Of a stretch of 64,000 nucleotides of DNA, positions 20,952-31,887 are shown piece by piece. How positions within the stretch are numbered: position 1 is the stretch's first letter; each line of letters begins with the position of its first letter. The notes beneath the pieces are model-generated. The model did no database searches. It was given only the letters and a program-made list of their open reading frames with translations, and was not told the origin of the DNA. Source of the stretch: Spirochaetaceae bacterium (lineage in GTDB: Bacteria > Spirochaetota > Spirochaetia > DSM-2461); assembly GCA_051531975.1 (NCBI GenBank), contig JAOPTT010000006.1:622977-686976 (forward strand), in the 5' to 3' direction. The position numbers were made by a program, and so were the translations under genes.

Positions 20952-21257
20952 CTATATCCTTGATTTTAACTCGTTGATATCTATCTTGATTCTCTTTAAA
21001 AGCTCTTCTGAAAACTTAGAAATAGTATCATTATCGTGCTTATCTGGATCTATTAATAACTGATAAGTCTCTATCTCTAAAGCTGTTGATAATTTTAGCA
21101 GCGTCTGTAAACTAGGCTGTCGACGTCCTAACTCAATTTCTGCGACATAAGATGTTGAGATATCACTACGCTCTGCTAACTCTTGCTGGGTATAGTTCTT
21201 GTTTGTTCTATAATATTTAACATTTACTTTTAGATAATCAATTATAGGTTCCATCAT
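20952..21257 (-). CDS. XRE-family HTH transcriptional regulator
   Basis: YTQQELAERSDISTSYVAEIELGRRQPSL. Confidence 0.9.
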   Translation of the reverse strand: MMEPIIDYLKVNVKYYRTNKNYTQQELAERSDISTSYVAEIELGRRQPSLQTLLKLSTALEIETYQLLIDPDKHDNDTISKFSEELLKRIKIDINELKSRI

Positions 21258-21510
21258 ATTTTAAATTCTATGTGTAAAAACCATGCTTGACAATTCACGT
21301 AAAGTACGCAAAACTTACACTAATAGTGACAATTAAGAGGTTTTATAGCGGTATTTATCAATAATTGCTGTTTTTATGATGAATATGCTATCTGGTATAA
21401 ATCAATACTTGTATCGGAAAAATCACCTCTTTTATATCATTACGGAGATATATTTAATTACTGAATAGAAACCCTCCAAGTTTTATGTTAATTAAAAAGA
21501 GGTATTTAAA

Positions 21511-23145
21511 GTGAAGGTTAGAGCATGTCTAGAACAGAATACAATCAATAGTAAAAGACTAATGATGATACTTCTTATTTTTGCAATTTTATCATGTAAA
21601 ACCACTGAAGATAGTAATACAGTTACAACTCTAGATGAAATAATCTTAAAATCAGCTAAAGAGTTAGCATCAATCACACCTGAAAAGACCCTAGGTATTA
21701 GCGACATATATTTACTAGGAACTAAGCAGTCATCTAACTTCTCAATTTTCCTAGCTAACAAATTATCTACTAAGCTTTTCAAACTAGGTTTCTCTATTGC
21801 GGATAGGGATCATCTTAAGCAATTAGAATCAGAATGGAAGTTTCAAAGTAGTTTTTCAAATGAAGAAACAACTGTAGAGATTGCAAAGTTAAATGGAATA
21901 TCAGCAATAATTGTAGGTAACTATTCTATAGCTAATAATCTAGTAGATGTACAACTAAAACTAATAGATACTCAGACAGGATTGTTACTTGGTATATCTG
22001 AGTTTAGTCTACCAATTCATTTAGTATCACAATACCTTAACGATACACCTTCTGAACTGCATGAAGTGACTACTCCTGATACACAAAATTCTAAACAAAA
22101 AAATCCTAGTATGGTTAAGATTAGACAAAAAACAGAGAATACTCCTAGCCAGGAACCACAAGTTAAAAACTCTTTCTTACCTGGTCATCAGAGCATATTT
22201 AGAATAGATGAACAGCTAAGTTTTAACTTAATTTATGTCCCTGCTTTAAGTTCAATACCTGAGTTTTATCCTTACAGAAATACCAAAAATTATAATGCGG
22301 AATCTACTCCCATTAGAAAAATCGAGAACCCAAAACCTGTTTGGATAGGTGAGACAGAAGTGACTATAGAATTATGGAATCTAGTTACTGGATGGGCAGT
22401 TGATAATGGTTATAGTTTTTCAGTAAATAAGCATAGAGATACTTGGTTAAGTAGAAATCCACAATTCCCTGTAAGTATTATAACTTGGAGGGATGCAATG
22501 TTATTTTGTAATGCACTAACTGAGTATACAAATTCTACATCAATTTCAGATTCTCCACTTATTCCAGTTTACTATACAGACCCTAATTTTAGTAATCCAA
22601 TTAGAAGAGTTGATGCCAGTAAAACAATAGCTTTCTACCCAACAAATAGCCCTTCAGGAACTCAAGATGATCCTTATGTAGATAAAGATGCGAATGGTTT
22701 TAGATTACCTACAATTGTGGAATGGACTATTGCATCTAGATATAAAGGTGATTTTGACAAAGATGGAGCAATTACTAGTCCAGGAGAATTCTATCTTGAT
22801 AATGTTGTATCAGGTTCATCAACTTCTGATCCTGATGATAAAAAACAATATGCTATCGCATACGAAAGAATAAAAATTTTTCCTGTAGCCTCAAAACAAC
22901 CAAATGGATTGGGTTTCTATGATATATCAGGGAATATATCAGAATGGTGCTACAACTGGACTGGAAATCGTAATAAGGGACAATACGATGCTGTAGGTAA
23001 ATGGAAGTACCTAATGGGATTATCTAATGATAGCTATGGCGGAATCTACAAATTGAATATGTTGTCTCAAGTATTTCCAGATAAACCTGTTCCGTATTAT
23101 TACTCATCAACTTCAGGATTTCGTATAGCACGGAATGTTGAATAA
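21511..23145 (+). CDS. Lipoprotein with CsgG/FlgO-like N-domain and FGE-sulfatase (C-lectin fold) domain
   Basis: ILSC lipobox, IGETEVT, FPV.IITW, GFRLPT..EW, NGLGFYDISGNISEW, GFRIAR. Confidence 0.8.
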   Translation: MKVRACLEQNTINSKRLMMILLIFAILSCKTTEDSNTVTTLDEIILKSAKELASITPEKTLGISDIYLLGTKQSSNFSIFLANKLSTKLFKLGFSIADRDHLKQLESEWKFQSSFSNEETTVEIAKLNGISAIIVGNYSIANNLVDVQLKLIDTQTGLLLGISEFSLPIHLVSQYLNDTPSELHEVTTPDTQNSKQKNPSMVKIRQKTENTPSQEPQVKNSFLPGHQSIFRIDEQLSFNLIYVPALSSIPEFYPYRNTKNYNAESTPIRKIENPKPVWIGETEVTIELWNLVTGWAVDNGYSFSVNKHRDTWLSRNPQFPVSIITWRDAMLFCNALTEYTNSTSISDSPLIPVYYTDPNFSNPIRRVDASKTIAFYPTNSPSGTQDDPYVDKDANGFRLPTIVEWTIASRYKGDFDKDGAITSPGEFYLDNVVSGSSTSDPDDKKQYAIAYERIKIFPVASKQPNGLGFYDISGNISEWCYNWTGNRNKGQYDAVGKWKYLMGLSNDSYGGIYKLNMLSQVFPDKPVPYYYSSTSGFRIARNVE

Positions 23146-23176
23146 ATAAAATATTTTTAAATATATAGGAGAAGAA

Positions 23177-23509
23177 ATGGAAATTAGTAGAGAAACAGTT
23201 GTTAGTCCGGGTATTAAGCTTGGATATGTTGGGGCATTACTAGGTATGATTCAAACATTCCTAGAAGTCTTCCAAGGATATATTGGCATAGGTACATTTT
23301 TAGGAATATTCATTGTTACAATAATTCTAGCACCGTTATTAGGTATTGTAGGTCAATTTATAAGAACAATTATAGACCCTCTTGTACCTGATTTAATCTT
23401 TGATACATTTTGGAAAATTGTTTTCCTTAAATTCTTGTTAGGTTACGGATTCCCAATAATTGGTGGAATAGTAGGATCAGGAATAGCATTGATGTTATTT
23501 ACAGCATAA
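23177..23509 (+). CDS. Small membrane protein
   Basis: Gly-rich hydrophobic helices; AGGAG RBS. Confidence 0.7.
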   Translation: MEISRETVVSPGIKLGYVGALLGMIQTFLEVFQGYIGIGTFLGIFIVTIILAPLLGIVGQFIRTIIDPLVPDLIFDTFWKIVFLKFLLGYGFPIIGGIVGSGIALMLFTA

Positions 23510-23558
23510 ATGATCAAACAAAAAGTATTAGTGAGTAATGTTTTAAAAGGAGTAAAAA

Positions 23559-24533
23559 ATGATTAAAAAAATATTAGTGGTAATGATATTTGCACTGTTT
23601 GTTAGTTGTTCAAGCAAAGTTATAGTAATTGAAGATGGATATTTAGATTTTATTGTAAGAGATACATTAGGCAAACAAAATGGTGACTTAACTAAAGAAG
23701 ATCTATTAAAAATAGAGAGCTTAGAACTTAAAGAAATAAATGTTAAAAACCTAACAGCTATTGAATATATGAAGAACTTAACTGAATTAAAAATAAGTAA
23801 TACTGATGTAACTGATCTTAAATCTTTATCTAATTTAAAGAACTTAAAAAAGTTAGAAATATATCATGATAATATTACTGATTTAGAACCATTATCTAAT
23901 TTAAGGAATTTAGAAGAATTATATGTATGTGATCTTAATATTGAGATCAGTAATATAGAACCTATTTCTAAATTATCTAAATTAAGGGTATTAGTTATGG
24001 ATGATAATTCATTTGATGATATAGATTTAATTTCGAGTCTATCTGGTTTACCTAATTTAAGGATTTTAAGTTTGCGTAATAATGACATTAGTGATCTAGA
24101 ACCATTATCAAGTATTACTCAACTAGAAGATTTATATATTGATGATAATGATATAGAAGATATTGAAACGTTATCAAAATTATCGAATTTGGTATATTTG
24201 AATATCAGTGAAAATTTTATTGAAAACATAGGATCATTATCTAGCTTAACTAATTTAGAATATTTGCACTTGAATGATAATGATATAGAAGATATTGAAT
24301 CACTTTCTGTATTGGTTAATCTAAAAAAATTATCACTGGGAGATAACTATATCAGTGATATAGAGCCATTATCAATTTTATCAAATTTAATATTTTTAAA
24401 CTTAACATTTAATGATATAGAAAATGTTGAGGCTCTTTCTAATTTAATGACTCTGGAAGAATTGTATATTAGTGATAATATTATTAGTGATTTTAGTCCA
24501 TTACAAAATTTAACAAATACAAAAATTCAATAA
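23559..24533 (+). CDS. Internalin-like leucine-rich-repeat lipoprotein
   Basis: FVSC lipobox and ~22-aa LxxLxNLxxLxLxxNxIxDI repeats. Confidence 0.9.
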   Translation: MIKKILVVMIFALFVSCSSKVIVIEDGYLDFIVRDTLGKQNGDLTKEDLLKIESLELKEINVKNLTAIEYMKNLTELKISNTDVTDLKSLSNLKNLKKLEIYHDNITDLEPLSNLRNLEELYVCDLNIEISNIEPISKLSKLRVLVMDDNSFDDIDLISSLSGLPNLRILSLRNNDISDLEPLSSITQLEDLYIDDNDIEDIETLSKLSNLVYLNISENFIENIGSLSSLTNLEYLHLNDNDIEDIESLSVLVNLKKLSLGDNYISDIEPLSILSNLIFLNLTFNDIENVEALSNLMTLEELYISDNIISDFSPLQNLTNTKIQ

Positions 24534-24676
24534 TAAAAGCGAATTATTTAAGAACTGAAATATAATTTTTCCGTTCTTTTAAACAGGCATAAATGCACAG
24601 GAATTAATCAGTTATAGCTTATATAGATAAGTTCATAATGAACTAAAAATTTAATGTTAAAAAAGGTGATGTATAG

Positions 24677-25564
24677 ATGAAAGAAATAAAATTATTAACT
24701 ATTCTACTTTGTGTTTTTATTGGAACGACAGGGTTGTTTTCAGAAGATTTAAGTGATAAAATCCTAATAAATAAAGTTAGAGAAGAACCTATTTACTCAG
24801 GAGCAGACCGAACATATGGTTCTGATCTTGAAGGCGAAAAAGGATTCTCTAGATACGAATGGGTAGTAAAACAAGATGAAGACGGACGTAAAATAGTTAG
24901 GTTTATAGGGGAATATAATCCTGAAATATTCTTTGGACTGCTGAATGTGTATGATGAATACAATCAAAAACCTAAAGGTTACGAATACTACACTTTAGGT
25001 AGTCGAATATCAGATTCTTCTGACAAAGTTCAAGTATCAGGTCCAGACAAAGAATTCTTTAGTCGTTTAAGCGAATCTTACAAGTATGAAACCCACTATT
25101 CAACTGAATGTAGTGCTGATTTGAAAGAAAATCCATTATGGACTCCTGAGAGAAATGGTTTTAATATTGAAGAAGACTTGACTACAGAATTGTATATTAC
25201 ATATTTTTGGAGATTTAACAAATACAAAAAATTCGATGTTAATTTATTTTCTATCGAAGAGTGGTATCTAAAAGCAAAAAAAAGTAATTCTCCAACATTG
25301 CCATACTATGAACTTCTCTATAATGAAGACTTTAAAGGTTTTATAGAAGAATTCAAAAAAGGAATTAATGATATATATTATATCCCAAATCCTAAATCGT
25401 CAGAAGCACTATATGTTCAAGACTTTCAGTATACATTAAATCAAAAAGGGTTTAAAGATTTAATAAAATATCAGATTATATATCCAAAATTTAACCAGTT
25501 TCCTGAAAAGAGTATAAAAGTAGGAGTACGTGGAGTCGATAGATATCAATATTTTTATCGCTAA
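24677..25564 (+). CDS. Putative secreted protein
   Basis: Signal peptide; no family recognised. Confidence 0.7.
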   Translation: MKEIKLLTILLCVFIGTTGLFSEDLSDKILINKVREEPIYSGADRTYGSDLEGEKGFSRYEWVVKQDEDGRKIVRFIGEYNPEIFFGLLNVYDEYNQKPKGYEYYTLGSRISDSSDKVQVSGPDKEFFSRLSESYKYETHYSTECSADLKENPLWTPERNGFNIEEDLTTELYITYFWRFNKYKKFDVNLFSIEEWYLKAKKSNSPTLPYYELLYNEDFKGFIEEFKKGINDIYYIPNPKSSEALYVQDFQYTLNQKGFKDLIKYQIIYPKFNQFPEKSIKVGVRGVDRYQYFYR

Positions 25565-25634
25565 TTATTTGTCTTTGAAATAGTGGAAGTCTTTATGCTG
25601 ACCATAAATAAGTTATGAATTAAAATATAGTTAT

Positions 25635-25660
25635 ATTAGAGCGGGACAACCCGCTCTAAT
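25635..25660. terminator. Hairpin between convergent genes
   Basis: ATTAGAGCGGG-ACAA-CCCGCTCTAAT perfect stem. Confidence 0.65.
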
Positions 25661-25757
25661 CCCAGAGTTATTTAGTACGTTCACTATGAGTATAAGTATA
25701 AGTACATGTCCACTCCTCTCTCCTAATTATTTTACCATAATTAAGAACGAAGAGAGC

Positions 25758-26660
25758 TTATACTTCAGATATTAATTCTTCATATAGATCAAAATCACTA
25801 ATACACTTTTGTTCCATTGAGGTGATCAATATCTTTGCACAGTTCTCCATGTGCTCTAGTAGCACAGAAGCAACTGCTTCTTCATCAGGATATGTATTGT
25901 TATCATAAACAAGAAGTTTATCAATTGAAGGTTTTAGTGATCCGTCTTTAAAAGTATTATCATAAAATTTTAATATTTTATTTAATAAATCTATAACTTG
26001 TTTATTACTATATAGATCATAATCAGTTGAATTGATCTCGTTAGTTAGTACTATATTTCCTTGATGATCAATATTATAGAAATCATAAATATTAAAATTA
26101 TCGTCGGCCATATCTGGAAATGTAGCAATTGAATATATGAACTCTGTAATAGCAACCCCTAAATACTCATAATTTACTATTTTGTTATTTATGAAAAGAG
26201 AGGTATGTAAGCTACAAATAGTTTCAGGGTACAAAAACATCGTTAAATGAGGATGATATTTCACAAAGCTTAAACCTAAAAAATCATGCTCACCAGTTCG
26301 AAGTATAGGCCCTTGAGTATCTAATTCAAGAATCATGTTTCCATGATGTTCATTATGATAAATATTATTCATTTCTTCTTTCAACTTATAAATCAACTCT
26401 ATCTCTTTTTTAGATTGAGTTTCGTGCGTATAAAATTGAACTCTATATACAGATGGATAGTTATATTTATAATAAAACTCATAAATATGTCCCTCAAAAT
26501 TGAAGGTAAATTTATTCATATGATTTGATGAATAAACTACTTCACAGTTACTATCTTTGTTGAACCTAGAAATACTTTTTTTAACTAAATAACTCAAACC
26601 ACAATATTCAATATCATAATCCATTCCAATAACGATACAAAAACCTTTTTCCATTCTCAA
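25758..26660 (-). CDS. Hypothetical protein
   Basis: 300-aa ORF with AAGGAG RBS. Confidence 0.7.
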   Translation of the reverse strand: MRMEKGFCIVIGMDYDIEYCGLSYLVKKSISRFNKDSNCEVVYSSNHMNKFTFNFEGHIYEFYYKYNYPSVYRVQFYTHETQSKKEIELIYKLKEEMNNIYHNEHHGNMILELDTQGPILRTGEHDFLGLSFVKYHPHLTMFLYPETICSLHTSLFINNKIVNYEYLGVAITEFIYSIATFPDMADDNFNIYDFYNIDHQGNIVLTNEINSTDYDLYSNKQVIDLLNKILKFYDNTFKDGSLKPSIDKLLVYDNNTYPDEEAVASVLLEHMENCAKILITSMEQKCISDFDLYEELISEV

Positions 26661-26828
26661 TCTCCTTACAAGTAACTATTTATTTCTTGTTTTAATAAAC
26701 TTTAATTCAATATAAATCAACAAATGTTATTAGTCAATGACAATTGCTTCTTTCTTAAAACATTTACCAATAGAAATTCTTAACTGTTAATGATTGACTA
26801 TTTTAGGAACACAATATAATATGCAAAT

Positions 26829-27614
26829 ATGAATGATGATGATTTATTTGACTTTCAAGACATTAGTTATTTGTGCTTAAGCAATAAAAATGTTTCTCAA
26901 ATCTTAGGAGTATCCGAAACAACATTTAGCCGATGGAAAAGAGGAAAATCTAGGATTGAAGATCCTAAATATATCTTTGGTCTTAAAATGATTAGTCAGA
27001 TCAGCTCAAAGCTAAATATTGTAGGCTCAAAAAACGATAAATTTTATGAATATTATTTTGCGAATATATTAAGATATAGATTTAATATGGATCATCTTTT
27101 TAAACATCCTGTATTCCCACCAGTAAGTAGTGTGTTTTTTGCTCTAGAGTTTTTACAAATACTAGATAGATATAATATCAAACTTGGTAATCTTTCATTT
27201 GGAAAAAATACCGATTACATTAGTTATTTAACGAATAAAGAAGGTAACCAATATGTAAGAAACAACAAGATTTACTACTTTGAAAATAGTATAAGCTATT
27301 CAGAAAGAAAAGAAATTGTATCAGGACTTGAATCGAACACAGAATCAATTATATATCATATAAATAAAAATAACGAAGTAATTTATTCTTGCCCTTCTGA
27401 AACCTTTGTTAAAAATGTGGATCAGAGCCATATTATAAATGACATAATATTTGCTCATATTGCTAACTTTTTAATTAATATGGAAGATTCTGAGTTTATT
27501 CTAGAACTATTAAATTCCATTACCGAAATTGATAATTTCGGTCTATTATATTTATACAACCACTATGCTTCCTTGGAAAAATATTGGAATTCTAAAGAAG
27601 ATAAGGAAAATTAA
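26829..27614 (+). CDS. HTH-domain regulator
   Basis: LSNKNVSQILGVSETTFSRWKRG XRE-like HTH at the N-terminus. Confidence 0.65.
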   Translation: MNDDDLFDFQDISYLCLSNKNVSQILGVSETTFSRWKRGKSRIEDPKYIFGLKMISQISSKLNIVGSKNDKFYEYYFANILRYRFNMDHLFKHPVFPPVSSVFFALEFLQILDRYNIKLGNLSFGKNTDYISYLTNKEGNQYVRNNKIYYFENSISYSERKEIVSGLESNTESIIYHINKNNEVIYSCPSETFVKNVDQSHIINDIIFAHIANFLINMEDSEFILELLNSITEIDNFGLLYLYNHYASLEKYWNSKEDKEN

Positions 27615-27826
27615 AGTTAATAATATTATGTTTTCAAATAAAATGTTTTTTCATGGAGAAAACTTAATATATTAAAAATAAAAGGAGGTAAATAATAATT
27701 TTTATGTAATACATGGATTTAATATTTTTATTAGTCCATTGCTTCTATCTTGAATATTTTTATTCAGGATTTTAAATATGATTAAGATGAAAATCTAATC
27801 TATTTATTAATTATACAATCAAACTC

Positions 27827-28013
27827 GTAACTTTTGAGTTACAAATGATAACCATAGCTTGAATGCTATGTATATGACACATGTAACTTTGAGTTACAAA
27901 TGATAACCATAGCTTGAATGCTATGTATACGACACATGTAACTTTTGAGTTACAAATTACAACCATAGCTTGAATGCTATGCATACGACACACTGTAACC
28001 TTTGAGTTACAAA
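27827..28013. repeat. Tandem 55-57 bp repeats (3 full + partial) with internal palindromes; candidate origin/iterons
   Basis: Units start at 27827, 27883, 27938 and 27995; full units carry GTAACT-TT(T)G-AGTTAC and CATAGC-TTGAAT-GCTATG. Confidence 0.85.
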
Positions 28014-28272
28014 ATAGATGGATATCTGTATTAAATTATTCTATTTATGCAGACATGTATGTGCAAAACATACTTATATTTTAATTTATTATGTGGAATG
28101 TGATAAAACATTAAAGTTTTATCAAAACTGGTAGTTTACTAGTTTTTAAAATTAAATGGTTGTTATGGTGTGCGTGTTAATGGTTTTTGTGTTGTATAAT
28201 CGTTCTTTTCAAAAGAAATAATCTTATACAGTAAATAAAATCTCTCGTCATATCCGTAAAAAGGATAGATTT

Positions 28273-28467
28273 ATGAACTTAATTAATGTAACTGAAGCGG
28301 CTGAGATGCTAAGGCTAAGCAAATATACAATTTATAAGTATTCCTCCCAAGGTATACTACCAAAAGTAAAAATTGGTAATAGAGTATCTTTTAGATCAAC
28401 AGATCTGGAAGAGTTTATTGAAAAGCATCGAGTAACTTGTACACAGTATAGCAAGGGAGGGAAGTAA
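28273..28467 (+). CDS. Excisionase-family (HTH_17) DNA-binding protein
   Basis: LINVTEAAEMLRLSKYTIYKY...LP.VKIGNRVSF...DLEEFI. Confidence 0.85.
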   Translation: MNLINVTEAAEMLRLSKYTIYKYSSQGILPKVKIGNRVSFRSTDLEEFIEKHRVTCTQYSKGGK

Positions 28468-28631
28468 TGAATTTCATTAAGTTGGTAGCGTATCTTTATA
28501 CACTTATCAAAACTAGTATCCACTTCCTATTGGTAGAATATGCTGATGGGGAAAAAACACCTCAACTATCTTCTGACAATAGTTATATTGCAAATACAAT
28601 ATTCATAATGAATAAGGTGGTTCTAGTATGA
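28467..28631 (+). CDS. 54-aa hypothetical protein coupled to both neighbours
   Basis: TAATG overlap upstream, ATGA overlap downstream, GGAGG RBS. Confidence 0.5.
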   Translation: MNFIKLVAYLYTLIKTSIHFLLVEYADGEKTPQLSSDNSYIANTIFIMNKVVLV

Positions 28632-30280
28632 GTGATATGATTGAAAGAAACGTCAAATCTAGAGAAGACTTTATTCCTAAAGCTGAACCAGTAGAAAAAA
28701 TTAATATGAAGCTATTTAGAAATACTTTATTTGATAAGTTGAATGGGAAAGTTCCATATATTATTGTTGATGATAAAATACATGGTAGAGTTCCACACTA
28801 CATCGATAGTCATCAAGCTATCGAAGATAAAGAAATGGATAAGCTAAACAAGTTAGTGAGTGATGTTGTTGATGAGGCAATGAGTACTTATCAAGACTTA
28901 AATCTTGAAAAGAGTGTCATTAAAAAGATAGAAAACAGCTTATCATTTGAAGAAGATCTAAAAAAAAGTTTAGCGAGAAAATTAATAAGTGCTATGCCAG
29001 TCTATAAAGAAGAGGACTGTTATTCTAAGACTAAAATCCTTGCACAAAATGGACCGATAGATATAACTACTGGTGAGTTTGTTGATGTCTCAGAGAACGA
29101 GATCTTTTTAAGTATTATGGATGCATCTTACATTCCTGCTCATAATACGATTCCTGATATTATATGGAAGTATTTAAAAAGAGTTTTAGGAGAAACTACT
29201 TGGAATGGGGAGATTCTTTATGCATCAGATAAACGAGTTAATAGCTTTATAAATATACTTGCTTATATGATGACCGCAAGTACCTCTCTTAAGAAAATGG
29301 TGTTCATTCTGGGCCCAACAGGAACCGGAAAGTCTACTTTTATGAATTTCTTTTCTGATATGTTAAGCTCATATGCAGGTACATTATCTGCAGCTGCGTT
29401 AACACATAAACCTGGTCGAGATCCAGAATCCCAACCAGGATTTATTATGGTAAGAAATACACATACAGCAATAGGGGCTGAACCCGGTAAAAAGTACGTT
29501 TTTGCAGATGACATACTAAAGGTTGTTACGGGAAGAGATAAACTTAGTTTAAGAAAGGTAGGAGGTAATAATATTACATTTACACCTTTATTTACTATTT
29601 GCTTTACAGCTAACTTTTTTCCTAAGTTACCTGATATCCAAGATGAAGGAATGTGGTCGAGATTTTTAATTTGTGATTTTAAAAATCAATTTAAAGATGA
29701 TGAGGTAGATACATTATTCTCCGAAAAACTGAATGAACCAGATGTTAAAAATAAGTTCTTCTCAAGCTTAGTGAAAAGAGCTTCACAGTTTTATCAAAAT
29801 GGTGAAAAACTAGAAATTGATGAAAGTTTCTATAAAAACTTAGATTTCTATAAATTTCATCAAAGAGGTTCTTTTGAAAACTTTTTTGATGGTTGTTGCT
29901 ATGTTACTGGGCATAATTATGAGGTTACTAAAGCTAATGATATTTATGAGAGATACATTAGTTTTTGTAACACTCATGACATAGAACATATGAGGAAAGC
30001 TAATTTCTTCAAAGAACTAAAACATGTTGCTGATATTACTCAAGGTATTGAGAAAGTAAAAAGTAATCAGGTTCCATCATCATATCGTGGTATTCAAGTT
30101 GATCAGGTCTGCTGTTATCAGTATCAACAATTTGTTGCTATGCACAAAAATGATTCTGATTTAGAACCTTTATGGTATGGTGGTTCTACCCAAAATGTAA
30201 ATTTAAACAACCAATCAATAGGACACACACGTTCAGATCAGCAATTCAAAGAAGTGTTTAACAGAAAAAGATACGATTGA
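28628..30280 (+). CDS. D5/P4-family SF3 helicase without a recognisable N-terminal primase domain
   Basis: AQNG.IDITTG (D5_N), GPTGTGKST, LK.VTGRD, FTANFFP, GMWSRF, C-terminal winged helix. Confidence 0.8.
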   Translation: MSDMIERNVKSREDFIPKAEPVEKINMKLFRNTLFDKLNGKVPYIIVDDKIHGRVPHYIDSHQAIEDKEMDKLNKLVSDVVDEAMSTYQDLNLEKSVIKKIENSLSFEEDLKKSLARKLISAMPVYKEEDCYSKTKILAQNGPIDITTGEFVDVSENEIFLSIMDASYIPAHNTIPDIIWKYLKRVLGETTWNGEILYASDKRVNSFINILAYMMTASTSLKKMVFILGPTGTGKSTFMNFFSDMLSSYAGTLSAAALTHKPGRDPESQPGFIMVRNTHTAIGAEPGKKYVFADDILKVVTGRDKLSLRKVGGNNITFTPLFTICFTANFFPKLPDIQDEGMWSRFLICDFKNQFKDDEVDTLFSEKLNEPDVKNKFFSSLVKRASQFYQNGEKLEIDESFYKNLDFYKFHQRGSFENFFDGCCYVTGHNYEVTKANDIYERYISFCNTHDIEHMRKANFFKELKHVADITQGIEKVKSNQVPSSYRGIQVDQVCCYQYQQFVAMHKNDSDLEPLWYGGSTQNVNLNNQSIGHTRSDQQFKEVFNRKRYD

Positions 30281-30348
30281 TAGCTTCTCTCTAGCCCTCA
30301 GGGCTAGAGGATGAGCATTCTATAGAAAAAAATTGTCTGGTAGAGATT

Positions 30349-31110
30349 TTGATAAAATATGAATACCAAACAGTTATTAAGATAACACCTGATTATGCCA
30401 GATCTAAAACGATAGGAGAAAATAAAATGACAGATGCTGAAATAATGCAAGATATAAATAAACATATGAAAGATAAAGGAATCACACGATCTGAGCTAAA
30501 AAATGAGGACTATGGCGAATTCGAGAAAAGATATGCTCTGAGTAAAGCTAGGAAATCATATCTCAAGAAAATCCTAATTGAAGGAACAAATGCCGATATT
30601 GATGATCTATTTACTGGTAAAAGAAGTATACATAGCGTCATGAAGCACCTTGAGAAGCCTAAGAAGTTAAATGCTTTTACTAAAATAAAAGAGCATTTTG
30701 GTAGAAAACGTAGTTGTAATGCGATTATTACAACTAAGGATTTAGCTCTAGTCAAGTTCCATGAACCAAGAATTACTACAACTAAAGGTCTGGTTCTAGT
30801 AAAAGAGCATACTAACAGTGAAGCAATCAAACTATTACTAAAAAGGTTTCAGAATAGTACTAACCAGAACTCCAAGGAAATACTGATATATGCGGAGATA
30901 TTCTATGATCTTCAAATTAATAGACTAATAACTCTTTTGGAATACAAAGAGTACATAGCTATTCTGAAAGAGAAGATTAATTCTATCCAGTTTAACTATC
31001 CAAAAGACAAAACTTCATTTCATAACAAATTTGAGAAGTTTAAACTTGTTGTACGTTTAGATTCTCAAGAAGATCGCTACAGTATATTCCAGATGATGAA
31101 ACTGAAGTGA
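30349..31110 (+). CDS. Hypothetical protein with a ParB-C-like HTH segment
   Basis: Weak similarity to the HTH region of 5259..6173 and to 34516..35076. Confidence 0.55.
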   Translation: MIKYEYQTVIKITPDYARSKTIGENKMTDAEIMQDINKHMKDKGITRSELKNEDYGEFEKRYALSKARKSYLKKILIEGTNADIDDLFTGKRSIHSVMKHLEKPKKLNAFTKIKEHFGRKRSCNAIITTKDLALVKFHEPRITTTKGLVLVKEHTNSEAIKLLLKRFQNSTNQNSKEILIYAEIFYDLQINRLITLLEYKEYIAILKEKINSIQFNYPKDKTSFHNKFEKFKLVVRLDSQEDRYSIFQMMKLK

Positions 31111-31329
31111 CAAATACAACAGTACATGTAAATGCTCTATAAGTGCATTAGATGTGATTTGTAAACGATTTGCAGTAATTTGTTTTCGTTTGCAAATCAA
31201 TTTGAGATGCTTCTAGCCCTTCTAATTGCTATGGAAATGTTAGATATAAGAGTCAGCTAAGTATTAGCACAACACTAGACTTTAAGTGCTCTTATTCACC
31301 CCTTTTACACCCCAAAAAAGGAGATTTGA

Positions 31330-31608
31330 ATGAAATTCAATCTAAATAACAAACCAAAAATCAGGAAAAAGAAACACGAAGATATTTCACTGAAAACTTT
31401 TAGAGAATGTGTGACAAAATTAATTCATAAAAAGAGATTTGTTAAATCTAGCTTAGATAATCCAAGGATTAAAATGGAGATAGATAAAATGAAGAGGCTA
31501 CGTGAAGCCTTAATAAAGGAAGCTATCGCTGATAGAGACTATACAACTACATTTCCTCTATCAGAAGAGGAAGAAATGGAATTAATCAAAGAAGCTTTTA
31601 GTATGTAA
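31330..31608 (+). CDS. Small basic hypothetical protein
   Basis: AAGGAG RBS; followed by hairpin AAGACCTG/CAGGTCTT. Confidence 0.65.
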   Translation: MKFNLNNKPKIRKKKHEDISLKTFRECVTKLIHKKRFVKSSLDNPRIKMEIDKMKRLREALIKEAIADRDYTTTFPLSEEEEMELIKEAFSM

Positions 31609-31887
31609 AGTTTTCTGTGTAACTGTCAATACAACGATTAGTAACCTAATAATCGATGGAAAGACCTGTTAATAGCAGGTCTTTCTATTTTATAAGACAT
31701 ATATTAGTGAACTATAAAAAATCTATCTATACCACCAATAGTAGGTTTTTATACATACCTCTGGATATATTCAAGATTTTAACCTTATTAAGCAGTCTTA
31801 TATCCAGAGGTTACTTAGTATATTGTTTCGTCTACTAGGGATACTAGTTCCCTAAGAAAAACCTTATATAACAACCTAGTGGAACTC

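Noticed and set aside
21511..23145. Complete diversity-generating retroelement
   Set aside because: No reverse transcriptase, avd or template repeat seen in the window.
27827..28013. CRISPR array
   Set aside because: Units are contiguous near-identical repeats with no unique spacers, and there are no cas genes.
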